33,785 nucleotides of DNA from Flavobacteriales bacterium (GCA_030728235.1 JANRAA010000099.1:1-33785), one strand, 5' to 3'; numbered from the stretch's first letter, positions 8,728-17,597 are shown. Numbers and translations: made by a program. Notes: a model not told the origin generated them from the sequence alone.

Positions 8728-10437
8728 ATGCAAAACATTTCTGAACAAGAGCGTATCCGTCGTGATGCGATGAATAACCTCAGAGAAATGGGTATTGAAC
8801 CATTTCCTGCAGCCGCTTTCGACACCACCCATTATACAAATGCGCTTAAGGATGGCTTTAAACCAGGAATTCATGTAAGATTGGCAGGAAGGATAATGAA
8901 TCGCCGCATTATGGGCAGCGCTTCATTTGCTGAACTACTCGACAGTTCGGGTCGAATTCAAGTTTATTTCAACCGCGATATTTTATGTCCGGATGAAGAC
9001 AAAACCCTCTACAATACGGTATTCAAGAAACTTCTCGATTTCGGTGATTTTATCGGTGTTGAGGGTGTGACGTTCCTTACAAAAACGGGAGAACCGTCTG
9101 TTGAGGTGCATAAATTCACGGTTCTAAGCAAAAGCATAAAACCTTTGCCCGTTGTTAAAACCGATGAGGCAGGCGTAGTGCATGACGCCTTCACTGATCC
9201 TGAATTGCGCTACCGCATGAGATATGTAGATTTGGTTGTGAATGAAGACGTTAAGAAAACGTTTCTGACCCGATCGAAGATCATTCAAACCATGCGCGAC
9301 TTTTTCAATGCGCAGAACTATTTGGAAGTCGACACTCCCGTGCTCCAAGCCATTCCAGGTGGGGCAGCGGCAAGACCCTTTATTACCCACCACAATGCTC
9401 TGAACATTCCTCTGTATTTGCGTGTGGCGAATGAGTTGTACCTCAAAAGACTTATTGTAGGTGGATTCGACGGTGTGTATGAGTTCTCTCGGAATTTCAG
9501 AAATGAAGGCATGGATAGAACCCACAACCCGGAATTCACCATCATGGAAATCTATGTAGCATACAAAGATTACTTTTGGATGATGGACTTCACGGAAGAA
9601 ATGATTGAACGCATTTGTCTTTCTGTTCATGGCAAAACAACCGTGAAGATTGGGGCGAAAGAAATCGATTTCAAGCGTCCGTTTGCGCGTTTTACAATGG
9701 CTCAAGCTATCGAAAAATACACCGGCGTAAACATCGAAAATAAATCGGAAGAAGAGCTGCGCTCGATATGCAAAGACCAAGGAATAGAGGTAAATGAAGC
9801 AATGGGCAAGGGAAAACTCATTGACGAGCTCTTCTCTGAAAAATGTGAACACCACTTTATTCAGCCAACCTTCATCACCGATTATCCCATCGAAATGTCG
9901 CCCCTTTGCAAGCGTCACCGAGACAATCCTGAATTGACTGAACGATTTGAACTGATGGTCAATGGAACAGAGCTCGCTAACGCGTATTCTGAACTCAATG
10001 ACCCAATTGACCAACGTGGTCGTTTTGAAGAGCAATTTAGCCTAGCCCAGCGCGGCGACGATGAGGCAATGTTTATCGATTATGACTTCCTGAGAGCTTT
10101 GGAATATGGGATGCCGCCAACGTCAGGTATGGGAATTGGTATCGATCGTTTGGTGATGATGCTTACCGGACAAGAATCGATTCAAGACGTTTTGCTTTTC
10201 CCGCAAATGCGACCAGAAAAATTTGAAACGGCTAGCAATGCTGATGCCTTCGTAGAGGCGGGTGTTCCGATAGAATGGGCAGAACATTTGCCTGGAGCAG
10301 GATTTCCGACGGTTGAAGATCTAAAATCGAATAAGGCGACGGTGATTCACCAAAAACTCAATGGATATCGGAAAAAGAACAAATTGGAGATTTCGGCCGT
10401 TCAACTTGAAGATGTAGAACGCTGGTTGTTAGCGTGA
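8728..10437 (+). CDS. lysS: Lysine--tRNA ligase (class II) with C-terminal extension
   Basis: 569 aa. N-terminal OB anticodon-binding region, class II motifs (FRNEG, GGAAARPF, GMGIGIDRL) and LFPQMR near the canonical end, followed by 74 extra residues. Confidence 0.95.
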   Translation: MQNISEQERIRRDAMNNLREMGIEPFPAAAFDTTHYTNALKDGFKPGIHVRLAGRIMNRRIMGSASFAELLDSSGRIQVYFNRDILCPDEDKTLYNTVFKKLLDFGDFIGVEGVTFLTKTGEPSVEVHKFTVLSKSIKPLPVVKTDEAGVVHDAFTDPELRYRMRYVDLVVNEDVKKTFLTRSKIIQTMRDFFNAQNYLEVDTPVLQAIPGGAAARPFITHHNALNIPLYLRVANELYLKRLIVGGFDGVYEFSRNFRNEGMDRTHNPEFTIMEIYVAYKDYFWMMDFTEEMIERICLSVHGKTTVKIGAKEIDFKRPFARFTMAQAIEKYTGVNIENKSEEELRSICKDQGIEVNEAMGKGKLIDELFSEKCEHHFIQPTFITDYPIEMSPLCKRHRDNPELTERFELMVNGTELANAYSELNDPIDQRGRFEEQFSLAQRGDDEAMFIDYDFLRALEYGMPPTSGMGIGIDRLVMMLTGQESIQDVLLFPQMRPEKFETASNADAFVEAGVPIEWAEHLPGAGFPTVEDLKSNKATVIHQKLNGYRKKNKLEISAVQLEDVERWLLA

Positions 10438-11061
10438 AGAAGCTTGTAGTATGAGGTAACTGTCAGCAATTTCTTGCTTTGGCTGCCCAACCCCACAACT
10501 AAAAATGGCATTCGCATAGCGATACCAGCTGCTATTCAGGCTTTTACGCTCAACCCCAATTGCATTGATAACGCCCATTTCGATGAGGTCAGCACTCATT
10601 TGTCGAGCCGACAATTCTTTTTTGTTAACCACTAAAAGATGTTCGCCTGCTTTGGTTTCTGCGATAGCGATGTGAAATAGCATTTTTTCAGAACGAGAAT
10701 CCTTGGCAGTACCTTCTTGAACTAACGTTTGAAGACGAAGCGTTTTTTCGCTTAAAGCGGATGATGAAGCGACTTCAAACTTTAAATTGCCACCTACTAT
10801 TTCGATTTGTATTTGTTGATCTTGCTGCTCTGTAACCGCATCCTCTGCAAAGAGAGGAACACACAGAAAGACATCTTCTTCTGATGTTGATGGACTTTCC
10901 TTTTGAACAATATCAAAAGCTAAATCATTGGGATGCAGAACGATATATTCGTTTCTGTTTTCCAACCGACGGTCTTCCCTTGTCAGAAAAGGTTTCGACT
11001 CACAACCAAAAAGAAAAAGAAATAGAACACTAAGAATACTATAACGCATCATCAACAGCAA
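10429..11061 (-). CDS. Hypothetical lipoprotein
   Basis: 210 aa with a lipobox LFLFGC. Overlaps the upstream M23 gene by 23 nt (11 nt if it starts at the inner ATG at 11049), suggesting an operon. No recognisable catalytic motif. Confidence 0.6.
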   Translation of the reverse strand: MLLMMRYSILSVLFLFLFGCESKPFLTREDRRLENRNEYIVLHPNDLAFDIVQKESPSTSEEDVFLCVPLFAEDAVTEQQDQQIQIEIVGGNLKFEVASSSALSEKTLRLQTLVQEGTAKDSRSEKMLFHIAIAETKAGEHLLVVNKKELSARQMSADLIEMGVINAIGVERKSLNSSWYRYANAIFSCGVGQPKQEIADSYLILQASSR

Positions 11062-12271
11062 CTGGGGTTACTCTCAACAAGGAGTCGTAAGTGTTAACTA
11101 CCGCCTTAAAAGCAGGCATTTGAGATTCGTTCAACGGCTCAGAAGTTGGGAATTCTTCGCTCAAGTGGTCAACTTGCTGACCATTCTTCCAAAAGCGAAA
11201 ACATACGTGTGGACCTGTTGCAAGTCCAGTACTTCCAACGTATCCAATTACTTCTCCCTGACTAACGCGCTCTCCTTCCTTACACGCACGCTTGCTCATG
11301 TGCAAGTATTGCGTTTCATAGGTGCTGTTGTGGCGGATTTTGACATAATTGCCATTTCCTCCTGTATATCCTGACTTGGTCACCACACCATCACCAACAG
11401 CGAGAATTGGAGTCCCTTGCGGAGCGGCATAGTCTGTGCCTAAGTGCGATTTATAGCGCTTTAAAACGGGGTGAAAACGCTTTCCTGAATAACGGCTCGA
11501 AATCCGTGAGTACTTTACAGGAGCCTTCAAAAACGCTTTTTTCAAACTCGACCCGTCTTCACTGTAGTAGCTGGTTTGATCATCATTTTCGAACATGTAA
11601 GCTCCGCGATCTTTCCCCTTGTGATTGAAGTGTGATGCGAGAATACGACCGGTACCAACGGCAACATCGTTTATGTACTCTTCTTCATATAGCACCTCAA
11701 ATCGATCTCCTTTTTGAAGGCGATAAAAGTCAATGGTCCAAGCGTAAATATTGGCCATTGTCATCGCCAATTCGGCATTCGCTCCTTGATCTTGCAGACT
11801 TTGATACAAACTGTTGTTGATTTCACCTTCAACACGACGCAAACGCATTTCTGAAGGGTGTTCACCAGACCAACCTTTTAAAGAATCGGCAATTTCTATA
11901 ACGACATAATCTTTTTGAGACTTTTCATAAATGAAATAGGAAGGCACGCTGTCTTCTTGGTTCGAAAAAAGAGCCAACCAACCTTGATCCGGCTTTATTT
12001 TCCTTGGGTCGATGATGTCTCGACTTTCCTTCAAAAAGACCTCCAAAGCAGTGGCGCTAACCCCAAAAGGACGAAGCACTTCAGAAAGTACTTGGCCGGA
12101 AGTGATGGAGCCTTCTACCACGTGAAAGGAATTCAAGTCGAAGCCGAAACGAATCAATTCTTCATGTTCAATAACATCTTCTTGGATGATTTGATCTTGA
12201 TTTGAATCGTTTTGCTGACAAGAAACAAAAAGAAACATCAGGGCGGCTGATATCAGTCGTGTGTTCTTCAT
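11039..12271 (-). CDS. M23 (LytM-type) metallopeptidase lipoprotein
   Basis: HLGTDYAAP (HxxxD) and GSTGLATGPHVCFRFW motifs. The likely start is MKNTRLISAALMFLFVSC (ATG at 12271, lipobox VSC) rather than the track start at 12325. Confidence 0.85.
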   Translation of the reverse strand: MKNTRLISAALMFLFVSCQQNDSNQDQIIQEDVIEHEELIRFGFDLNSFHVVEGSITSGQVLSEVLRPFGVSATALEVFLKESRDIIDPRKIKPDQGWLALFSNQEDSVPSYFIYEKSQKDYVVIEIADSLKGWSGEHPSEMRLRRVEGEINNSLYQSLQDQGANAELAMTMANIYAWTIDFYRLQKGDRFEVLYEEEYINDVAVGTGRILASHFNHKGKDRGAYMFENDDQTSYYSEDGSSLKKAFLKAPVKYSRISSRYSGKRFHPVLKRYKSHLGTDYAAPQGTPILAVGDGVVTKSGYTGGNGNYVKIRHNSTYETQYLHMSKRACKEGERVSQGEVIGYVGSTGLATGPHVCFRFWKNGQQVDHLSEEFPTSEPLNESQMPAFKAVVNTYDSLLRVTPVAVDDAL

Positions 12272-12354
12272 AAAGGGGGTTACGTAAAAATGTCTCAACG
12301 GGTTCGAAAGTAGACAGGAAATCAATAAAACGTAAGTTCAAAAAACTATTGTGT

Positions 12355-13326
12355 TCACGTTGATTGGTTGAAAACCACAGATTCAACCCAACCCTTGCCC
12401 CAGTCGGCCAATTCTTGTTCAGACCACACTTGAGGGAAGAAGATCCGTCGTTGAAAACGCGGAGGTAGGTATTTCTGCCAGTTGGTTCCTCCGGTAGCTG
12501 CGATGTCTTCTGGGTTTTTGTGCAAATAGCGCACCGCCGATTTGTAGTGGGCGAGAGGCCAATTCACGTTTACATTGGTATCTAACCACCTCAAGCTGAT
12601 CAGCAATGGTTCGTTTTTTTGATCTTCTGCAGGCAAAGCTTGCACCTTGTCCCAAAGTGTTTTACCAAGGAATTTTTTTGCAAGGTCTATCAGTTCTTTC
12701 GAATATTTGATTTCGAATTGCTGAAGAGTCAGTGTTTTATTGCCCGTTGATAGTTCAGTCGCACCCATTTTCCAATAAACACGATCGTACATCGCAGGAA
12801 TGTCGTCTTTCGAAAAGTAAGTTGGGAAATCTTGGCGGGCAGGCTCTTCTACCAATCGATCGAAAGTAGCAGAGCAAATTTCAATCATTCTATACTGCGC
12901 CGATTGGAATCCACTTGCAGGCAGAAGCGACATGCGGAATTTTAAAAACTGATCCCTGTCCATGCCATCAACCATGATGTCGAAACTCTTTGTAAGCGCC
13001 TCGAAATATCTGTTAATGCGTGTAATGCGAGCAGTTAACCAGCTTACATCAAAATCGGTCTTTTCACGGATTTGCTCGAACTCATGCAAACAAAGCTTGA
13101 AGTACAGCTCTGTAATTTGGTGATACATGATAAAAATCTCCTCGTCAGGGAAAGAGGTAATTGGACTTTGGAGACTCAACAGCGTGTCGAGGTGAATATA
13201 ATCCCAATAAGTTAAGTAGTCGGCGTACAATAGCCCGTCGAGGTAAGACTCAAGGTCTTGACCCATCGACGAGTATTTTTCCTGCAGAAGCTGCAGTTTT
13301 TCAATAAGTTTCGGACTTAATTCCAT
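12355..13326 (-). CDS. kynA: Tryptophan 2,3-dioxygenase
   Basis: 323 aa. YWDYIHLDTLLSLQ and IFIMYHQITELYFKL segments, plus WPLAHYKSAVRYL...ATGGT, are typical of bacterial TDO. Confidence 0.75.
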   Translation of the reverse strand: MELSPKLIEKLQLLQEKYSSMGQDLESYLDGLLYADYLTYWDYIHLDTLLSLQSPITSFPDEEIFIMYHQITELYFKLCLHEFEQIREKTDFDVSWLTARITRINRYFEALTKSFDIMVDGMDRDQFLKFRMSLLPASGFQSAQYRMIEICSATFDRLVEEPARQDFPTYFSKDDIPAMYDRVYWKMGATELSTGNKTLTLQQFEIKYSKELIDLAKKFLGKTLWDKVQALPAEDQKNEPLLISLRWLDTNVNVNWPLAHYKSAVRYLHKNPEDIAATGGTNWQKYLPPRFQRRIFFPQVWSEQELADWGKGWVESVVFNQST

Positions 13327-13372
13327 CTTGCGAAGGTTCTTTAGCTGCGCAAGTTAGGAAAACAGACGTGCC

Positions 13373-14194
13373 TTAGTTTACCAAGGCGACAGGATTTTTA
13401 AGGTTTTGGTAGTCTACAACCTCCATTTTCAATGAACCAACGAGCAATTCTGATTTAACCAGAATTGGAATCTTGTTCTTGTCGGCCGTAACCCATACTT
13501 CCAAGTCATCTTCACTCTTCCAAATGCGGCCTTGTTGAATAACAGGGACAAACTTCATGCATCTGTATTTTCCTTTTCGAAGTTTAACCTCCTCGGTGCC
13601 CATGTATTTTATTTTCAGAGGGAAAATTTCACCGTCTACAAATGTTGTAATCTCGAAAAGGTCTCCAATTTTAGCTTTGCTATAGTCGATGGTTCTTGCG
13701 TAGTAGAACGCCGACACAAGGTCTTGAATGAAACTCGGAGTCTTGTACTCTTGTTTTTCATGTGTGCGAAGAGCACTTTTTCCAGGATAAAACTGGTAGT
13801 CTTGGAAGATTTTGTATCCACCTTCTTCTACATTTCGAATGAATCGGTAAGGGAACATCCCTTGCTTGTCGATGTACGTTTCATAGCGATCACGCACTTT
13901 AAACACCCAGTCGAAGCCGCCTAAACTTTTGCCGGTACCAACAACATGGTATGCGTCGCGCCCAGAAAATTTCCATTTTGAATCCTTCACTTCAAGAACA
14001 GCTTCGCCGGCATCAATGAAGCCGTAGTGTATTCTGTAAACAAGTTTTTCACCTGTTTGAAATGCTGTATTTGTAACAGTTCTTAGTCCTGTTTCTGGCA
14101 AGGTATCTAGCTTCACCTTAAGTGGCTTTATACCTTGTGCAAATCCTACCTGGCCTGCCAGAAGTATGATTGCGAATGTGAGAAGCTTTTTCAT
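13373..14194 (-). CDS. DUF3108-like secreted protein
   Basis: The start at MKKLLTFAIILLAGQVGFAQ (ATG at 14194) gives a signal peptide. LVYRIHYGFIDAGEAVLEV is typical of the DUF3108 family. Confidence 0.65.
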   Translation of the reverse strand: MKKLLTFAIILLAGQVGFAQGIKPLKVKLDTLPETGLRTVTNTAFQTGEKLVYRIHYGFIDAGEAVLEVKDSKWKFSGRDAYHVVGTGKSLGGFDWVFKVRDRYETYIDKQGMFPYRFIRNVEEGGYKIFQDYQFYPGKSALRTHEKQEYKTPSFIQDLVSAFYYARTIDYSKAKIGDLFEITTFVDGEIFPLKIKYMGTEEVKLRKGKYRCMKFVPVIQQGRIWKSEDDLEVWVTADKNKIPILVKSELLVGSLKMEVVDYQNLKNPVALVN

Positions 14195-14233
14195 AATGAG
14201 GCGAAAAGACAAAGCATGTGCCAAATAAAAATT

Positions 14234-14671
14234 CTAGCCGACATAGGCTATACACTTCAACTCAATGGCAATGGGAGTTGGCAGTGCATTTATTTCAACG
14301 GTAGTTCGGCACGGTTGATTGTCTTTAAAGTATTCAGCATAAATGCGATTGAATGTTGCAAAGTCTCTTTTCATATGCACCAAAAAGACGGTAACATCAA
14401 CCAGGTCTTCCCATTTTGAGCCAGAAGCTTCTAAAACACTGCGCACATTTTGAAAAACACTGTGCACTTGCGCTTCAAAATCGAATTCTAAAAAATTCCC
14501 GTTGTGATCGAGCTTCAGTCCTGGAACACCGCTGTCGTTGGCATCAGACCCAGCGCTGCGCGGACCGACACCAGAAAGAAACAAAAGGTTCCCTACTTTT
14601 CTTGCATGTGGATATAAACCCACTGGTTTTGGTGCTCCTGAAGCATTGATACGTCCGTCACTCATAATCAT
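14234..14671 (-). CDS. RidA/YjgF-family protein
   Basis: 145 aa. APKPVGLYPHARKVGNLLFLSGVGP and the C-terminal ALPTPIAIELKCIA are typical of YjgF/YER057c/UK114. Confidence 0.8.
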   Translation of the reverse strand: MIMSDGRINASGAPKPVGLYPHARKVGNLLFLSGVGPRSAGSDANDSGVPGLKLDHNGNFLEFDFEAQVHSVFQNVRSVLEASGSKWEDLVDVTVFLVHMKRDFATFNRIYAEYFKDNQPCRTTVEINALPTPIAIELKCIAYVG

Positions 14672-14684
14672 GTTTTTAGTTGCC

Positions 14685-14692
14685 CAAATATA
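14685..14692 (-). promoter_or_regulatory. -7 box TATATTTG (minus strand) for the RidA-to-lipoprotein gene string
   Basis: Exact TAnnTTTG, 14 nt upstream of the ATG at 14671. Confidence 0.35.
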
Positions 14693-14787
14693 GTGTTACA
14701 TCTCCTGTAAATATGGCTTAGCCGCCTGAATTGAATATTGATGTTAGGCAACATATGCATTTTGTATCTTGCCGAAAAGTTTTATCC

Positions 14788-16077
14788 ATGCGTTATCAAG
14801 CACTATCTAAGGAACTGTACATAAAGAACAGATCAAAATTTGCATCGTTATTACCGCCAAAATCGATCGCGGTTTTCACCTCGAACGATATCATGCCCAC
14901 CAGTGCTGACGGATCGATGCCCTTCAAACAAGCTTCTGATATCTTTTACCTTTCTGGGGTTGATCAAGAAGAAACGATTCTGGTTGTTTTCCCAGATAGC
15001 CTGCACGAGAAGCACAAGGAGATTTTATTCGTTCGTGAGACAAATGCTGAAATCGCAATTTGGGAAGGTTCTAAACTAACGAAGGAATCTGCTTTCGCGG
15101 TGTCGGGTATTCGCACGGTGTATTGGACAGATCAGTTCGAAAAAATCCTTCATGCGCTTATCAGCGAGGCACAACATGTTTTCTTGAACAGCAACGAGCA
15201 CACGCGTGCTTCAAGTGAAGTTGAAACCCGAGAAATGCGTTTGTCGAAATGGATGAGAAAAAAGTATCCTCACTATCGATATGAGCGCAGCGCGCCAATT
15301 ATGCACCGCATTCGTTCGGTAAAGGAAGCCGAGGAGATTGCGCAAATGCAGCGTGCGTGTGATATCACAAAGTCTGGTCTTGAGCGTGTGTTGAAGTTTA
15401 TCAAGCCCGGCGTGATGGAGTATGAAATTGAAGCGGAGTTTGCGCATGAGTTTCTACGCCAAGGATCTCGTGGGTTTGCCTATACTCCAATCATTGCCAG
15501 CGGATTCAACGCATGTGTATTGCACTACATTGAAAACGAAGCGCAATGTCAAGCAGGAGATGTGTTACTTATGGATGTTGGTGCTGAATACGGTAATTAC
15601 GCTTCTGATATGACGAGGTGTGTTCCAGTAAGTGGCAGGTTTACTAGCCGACAAAAAGACGTGTACAACGGTGTCCTGAGCGTAATGAAAGGAGCTATGG
15701 GATTACTGAAACCAGGTGTTTTCATGCATGAATACCATGCTCAAGTAGGCGAGCTAATGACGCGTGAGTTGCTTAATTTGGGATTGATTGACCAACACGA
15801 TGTCGCCAAGCAAAACCCAGACTGGCCGGCCTACAAAAAGTATTTTATGCACGGCACAAGTCACTTTCTGGGTATTGATGTGCATGACGTTGGCTTGTGG
15901 AATGAGCCGATTCAGGCAGGACATGTATTCACAGTAGAGCCGGGTATTTACATCCGCGAAGAGAACCTTGGAATACGTCTTGAAAACGACATTGTGATTC
16001 AAGAAAACGGATTCAGAGATTTAATGGGGCACATCCCACTTGAAGCTGAAGAAATTGAGGACTTGATGAATGGTTAA
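14788..16077 (+). CDS. pepP: Xaa-Pro aminopeptidase (M24B)
   Basis: M24 metal-ligand segments DVGAEYGNYASDMTR, HGTSHFLGIDVHD and EPGIY. The ATG at 14788 (MRYQALSKELY) is preferred over the TTG at 14731. Confidence 0.9.
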   Translation: MRYQALSKELYIKNRSKFASLLPPKSIAVFTSNDIMPTSADGSMPFKQASDIFYLSGVDQEETILVVFPDSLHEKHKEILFVRETNAEIAIWEGSKLTKESAFAVSGIRTVYWTDQFEKILHALISEAQHVFLNSNEHTRASSEVETREMRLSKWMRKKYPHYRYERSAPIMHRIRSVKEAEEIAQMQRACDITKSGLERVLKFIKPGVMEYEIEAEFAHEFLRQGSRGFAYTPIIASGFNACVLHYIENEAQCQAGDVLLMDVGAEYGNYASDMTRCVPVSGRFTSRQKDVYNGVLSVMKGAMGLLKPGVFMHEYHAQVGELMTRELLNLGLIDQHDVAKQNPDWPAYKKYFMHGTSHFLGIDVHDVGLWNEPIQAGHVFTVEPGIYIREENLGIRLENDIVIQENGFRDLMGHIPLEAEEIEDLMNG

Positions 16078-16680
16078 TTAACCGTGCATGGCAGAGTCTC
16101 TGCCATACTTTTCCATCAATGTGCTTTCAAAATCAAGAAATTCTTGCCAACGGCGATCCACTTTTTTTGGGTCGCCGTATTTTTTTGCCAAGCCGATAAA
16201 CGAGGTGTAATGTGTTGCCTCCGAGATCATGAGTTCACGGTAAAAAGCCTTTAGATCATCGTCTCCTATTTCTTCACTAAGTATCCTAAATCGCTCACAT
16301 GATCGGGCCTCTATCATGGCAGCGAAGAGCAAGCGCTCCATCAATTCTTGACTTTTATCGCCCCCTTTTTTAATGAACAGCGATAAGTCTTGCACATAGC
16401 AATCTCGCTGTTCATGACCCAATTGAAATCCGCGGGCTTTGATTTTTTCATGGACCATGTCGAAATGCTCCATTTCTTCTAGCGCTATGCGTGTGAGTTC
16501 TGTAACAAGTTCTTGGTGCTGCGGAAATCTAACAATCGTTGACATAGCATTCAACGCGGCTTTTTGCTCGCACCAAGCATGGTCGGTTAGGACATCTGAA
16601 ATGTTTTTTTCAGCAATGTTCACCCATCTTGGATCGGTTGGTAATCGCAACCCCAGCATCACTTTCGTTGAATTTTCCAT
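16078..16680 (-). CDS. miaE: tRNA-(ms2io6A37)-hydroxylase, ferritin-like di-iron
   Basis: 200 aa with di-iron ligand helices HAWCEQKAA, EEMEHF, MIEARSCERF and ISEATHY, characteristic of MiaE. Confidence 0.8.
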   Translation of the reverse strand: MENSTKVMLGLRLPTDPRWVNIAEKNISDVLTDHAWCEQKAALNAMSTIVRFPQHQELVTELTRIALEEMEHFDMVHEKIKARGFQLGHEQRDCYVQDLSLFIKKGGDKSQELMERLLFAAMIEARSCERFRILSEEIGDDDLKAFYRELMISEATHYTSFIGLAKKYGDPKKVDRRWQEFLDFESTLMEKYGRDSAMHG

Positions 16681-16684
16681 GCAG

Positions 16685-16692
16685 CAAAGTTA
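16685..16692 (-). promoter_or_regulatory. -7 box TAACTTTG (minus strand), 4 nt from the miaE ATG
   Basis: Exact TAnnTTTG. The spacing implies a leaderless or near-leaderless transcript. Confidence 0.3.
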
Positions 16693-16697
16693 TGGGC

Positions 16698-16725
16698 AAA
16701 AAAAAGCCGTGGCAAATCCACGGCT
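16698..16725 (-). terminator. Rho-independent terminator after the 16749-17576 gene
   Basis: Hairpin AGCCGTGG/CCACGGCT (16705-16725) with a 5-nt loop. On the minus strand it is followed by a T-run (A-run 16698-16705 on plus). Confidence 0.6.
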
Positions 16726-16748
16726 CTTTTTGTAAGTCTTTTTAAGTC

Positions 16749-17576
16749 TTAGTGCTGAACAAGAACACGCTGTTGGAAACGTTGTCCGTTATTCAAAACC
16801 TCAGCTACATAAATGCCAGCTTGAAGCTCTGAAGTGCTCAAAACATAAGTGCTGTTGTAAACTTCATTGAAAGTCTCAGAAATTACCAATTGACCTGCAA
16901 GGTTGAAGATGTTCACAGTAGCAGAGCCTTCAGCGCTAACTCCGAATTGGAAGTTAACAACGTCATCAGCTGGGCTTGGGTAAACAACAACAGGTACTTC
17001 GTGGTTCAAGATGTTGTTAACGTCGGTAGCAACGTTACCATCAATTACCATATTGAATGCATCAACGATAAAGTTTGTTGCATCAACAGTTGACTGAAGT
17101 CCGTAAAGTGACAATGAGTGCGTTTGACCATCTGTGTAAGATGAGATGTCAACTGAAACTTCAGTGTAAGCTGCATATTCAGCACCTTGAGTTCCGTTTG
17201 CTGACCAAATTACGTTTCCGTCCATACGTACTTCGAAAACATCCTCTGCTACAGCAGGTCCTGGTGTCGGAAGCGCAAACCAAAAGCTCAATGTAGCGTT
17301 TGTTCCGTTTGCAATCGTCACCGCTTGAGTCATAAGACCTTCTTCAACACCGCCACCAGCGCCGCCGAACCAAGCGAACCAATCACCGTCGTAAGCGATA
17401 CAGCCACCACCGCAGTTGCCGCAAAGTGCCACAGTACAAAGAGGTGTCCCAAAGTTAGTAGAAGCTTCTGTCCATGCTCCTGAAGGAGAGCCTGTTTCGA
17501 AGCTTGGGTCGATCAATTGAGCATCAGCTGCGAATACGCTACCGATGAAAAGAAATGAAAGTAGAATTTGTTTCAT
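16749..17576 (-). CDS. Secreted jelly-roll-type protein with T9SS type A C-terminal domain
   Basis: Signal peptide MKQILLSFLFIGSVFAADAQ. C-terminal VVVYPSPADDVVNFQF...GIYVAEV...RVLVQH matches the Por/T9SS CTD pattern. Confidence 0.8.
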   Translation of the reverse strand: MKQILLSFLFIGSVFAADAQLIDPSFETGSPSGAWTEASTNFGTPLCTVALCGNCGGGCIAYDGDWFAWFGGAGGGVEEGLMTQAVTIANGTNATLSFWFALPTPGPAVAEDVFEVRMDGNVIWSANGTQGAEYAAYTEVSVDISSYTDGQTHSLSLYGLQSTVDATNFIVDAFNMVIDGNVATDVNNILNHEVPVVVYPSPADDVVNFQFGVSAEGSATVNIFNLAGQLVISETFNEVYNSTYVLSTSELQAGIYVAEVLNNGQRFQQRVLVQH

Positions 17577-17597
17577 ATTATTGATATTTAAGTGATT

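Noticed and set aside
9124-10035. 303-codon open reading frame antisense to lysS, exactly in register with the sense codons. It is tempting in view of sense/antisense aaRS origin ideas.
   Set aside because: In this register, antisense stops arise only from sense TTA, CTA and TCA codons. Their absence over about 300 codons is explained by codon choice in a highly expressed gene. The predicted protein is low-complexity and basic/hydrophobic with no motif, and there is no promoter box or start context.
13327-13353. Hairpin CTTGCG-15 nt-CGCAAG abutting the kynA start codon, considered as a possible translational or attenuator element.
   Set aside because: It has only a 6-bp stem with a 15-nt loop, so predicted stability is low. 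There is no T-run and no alternative structure visible.
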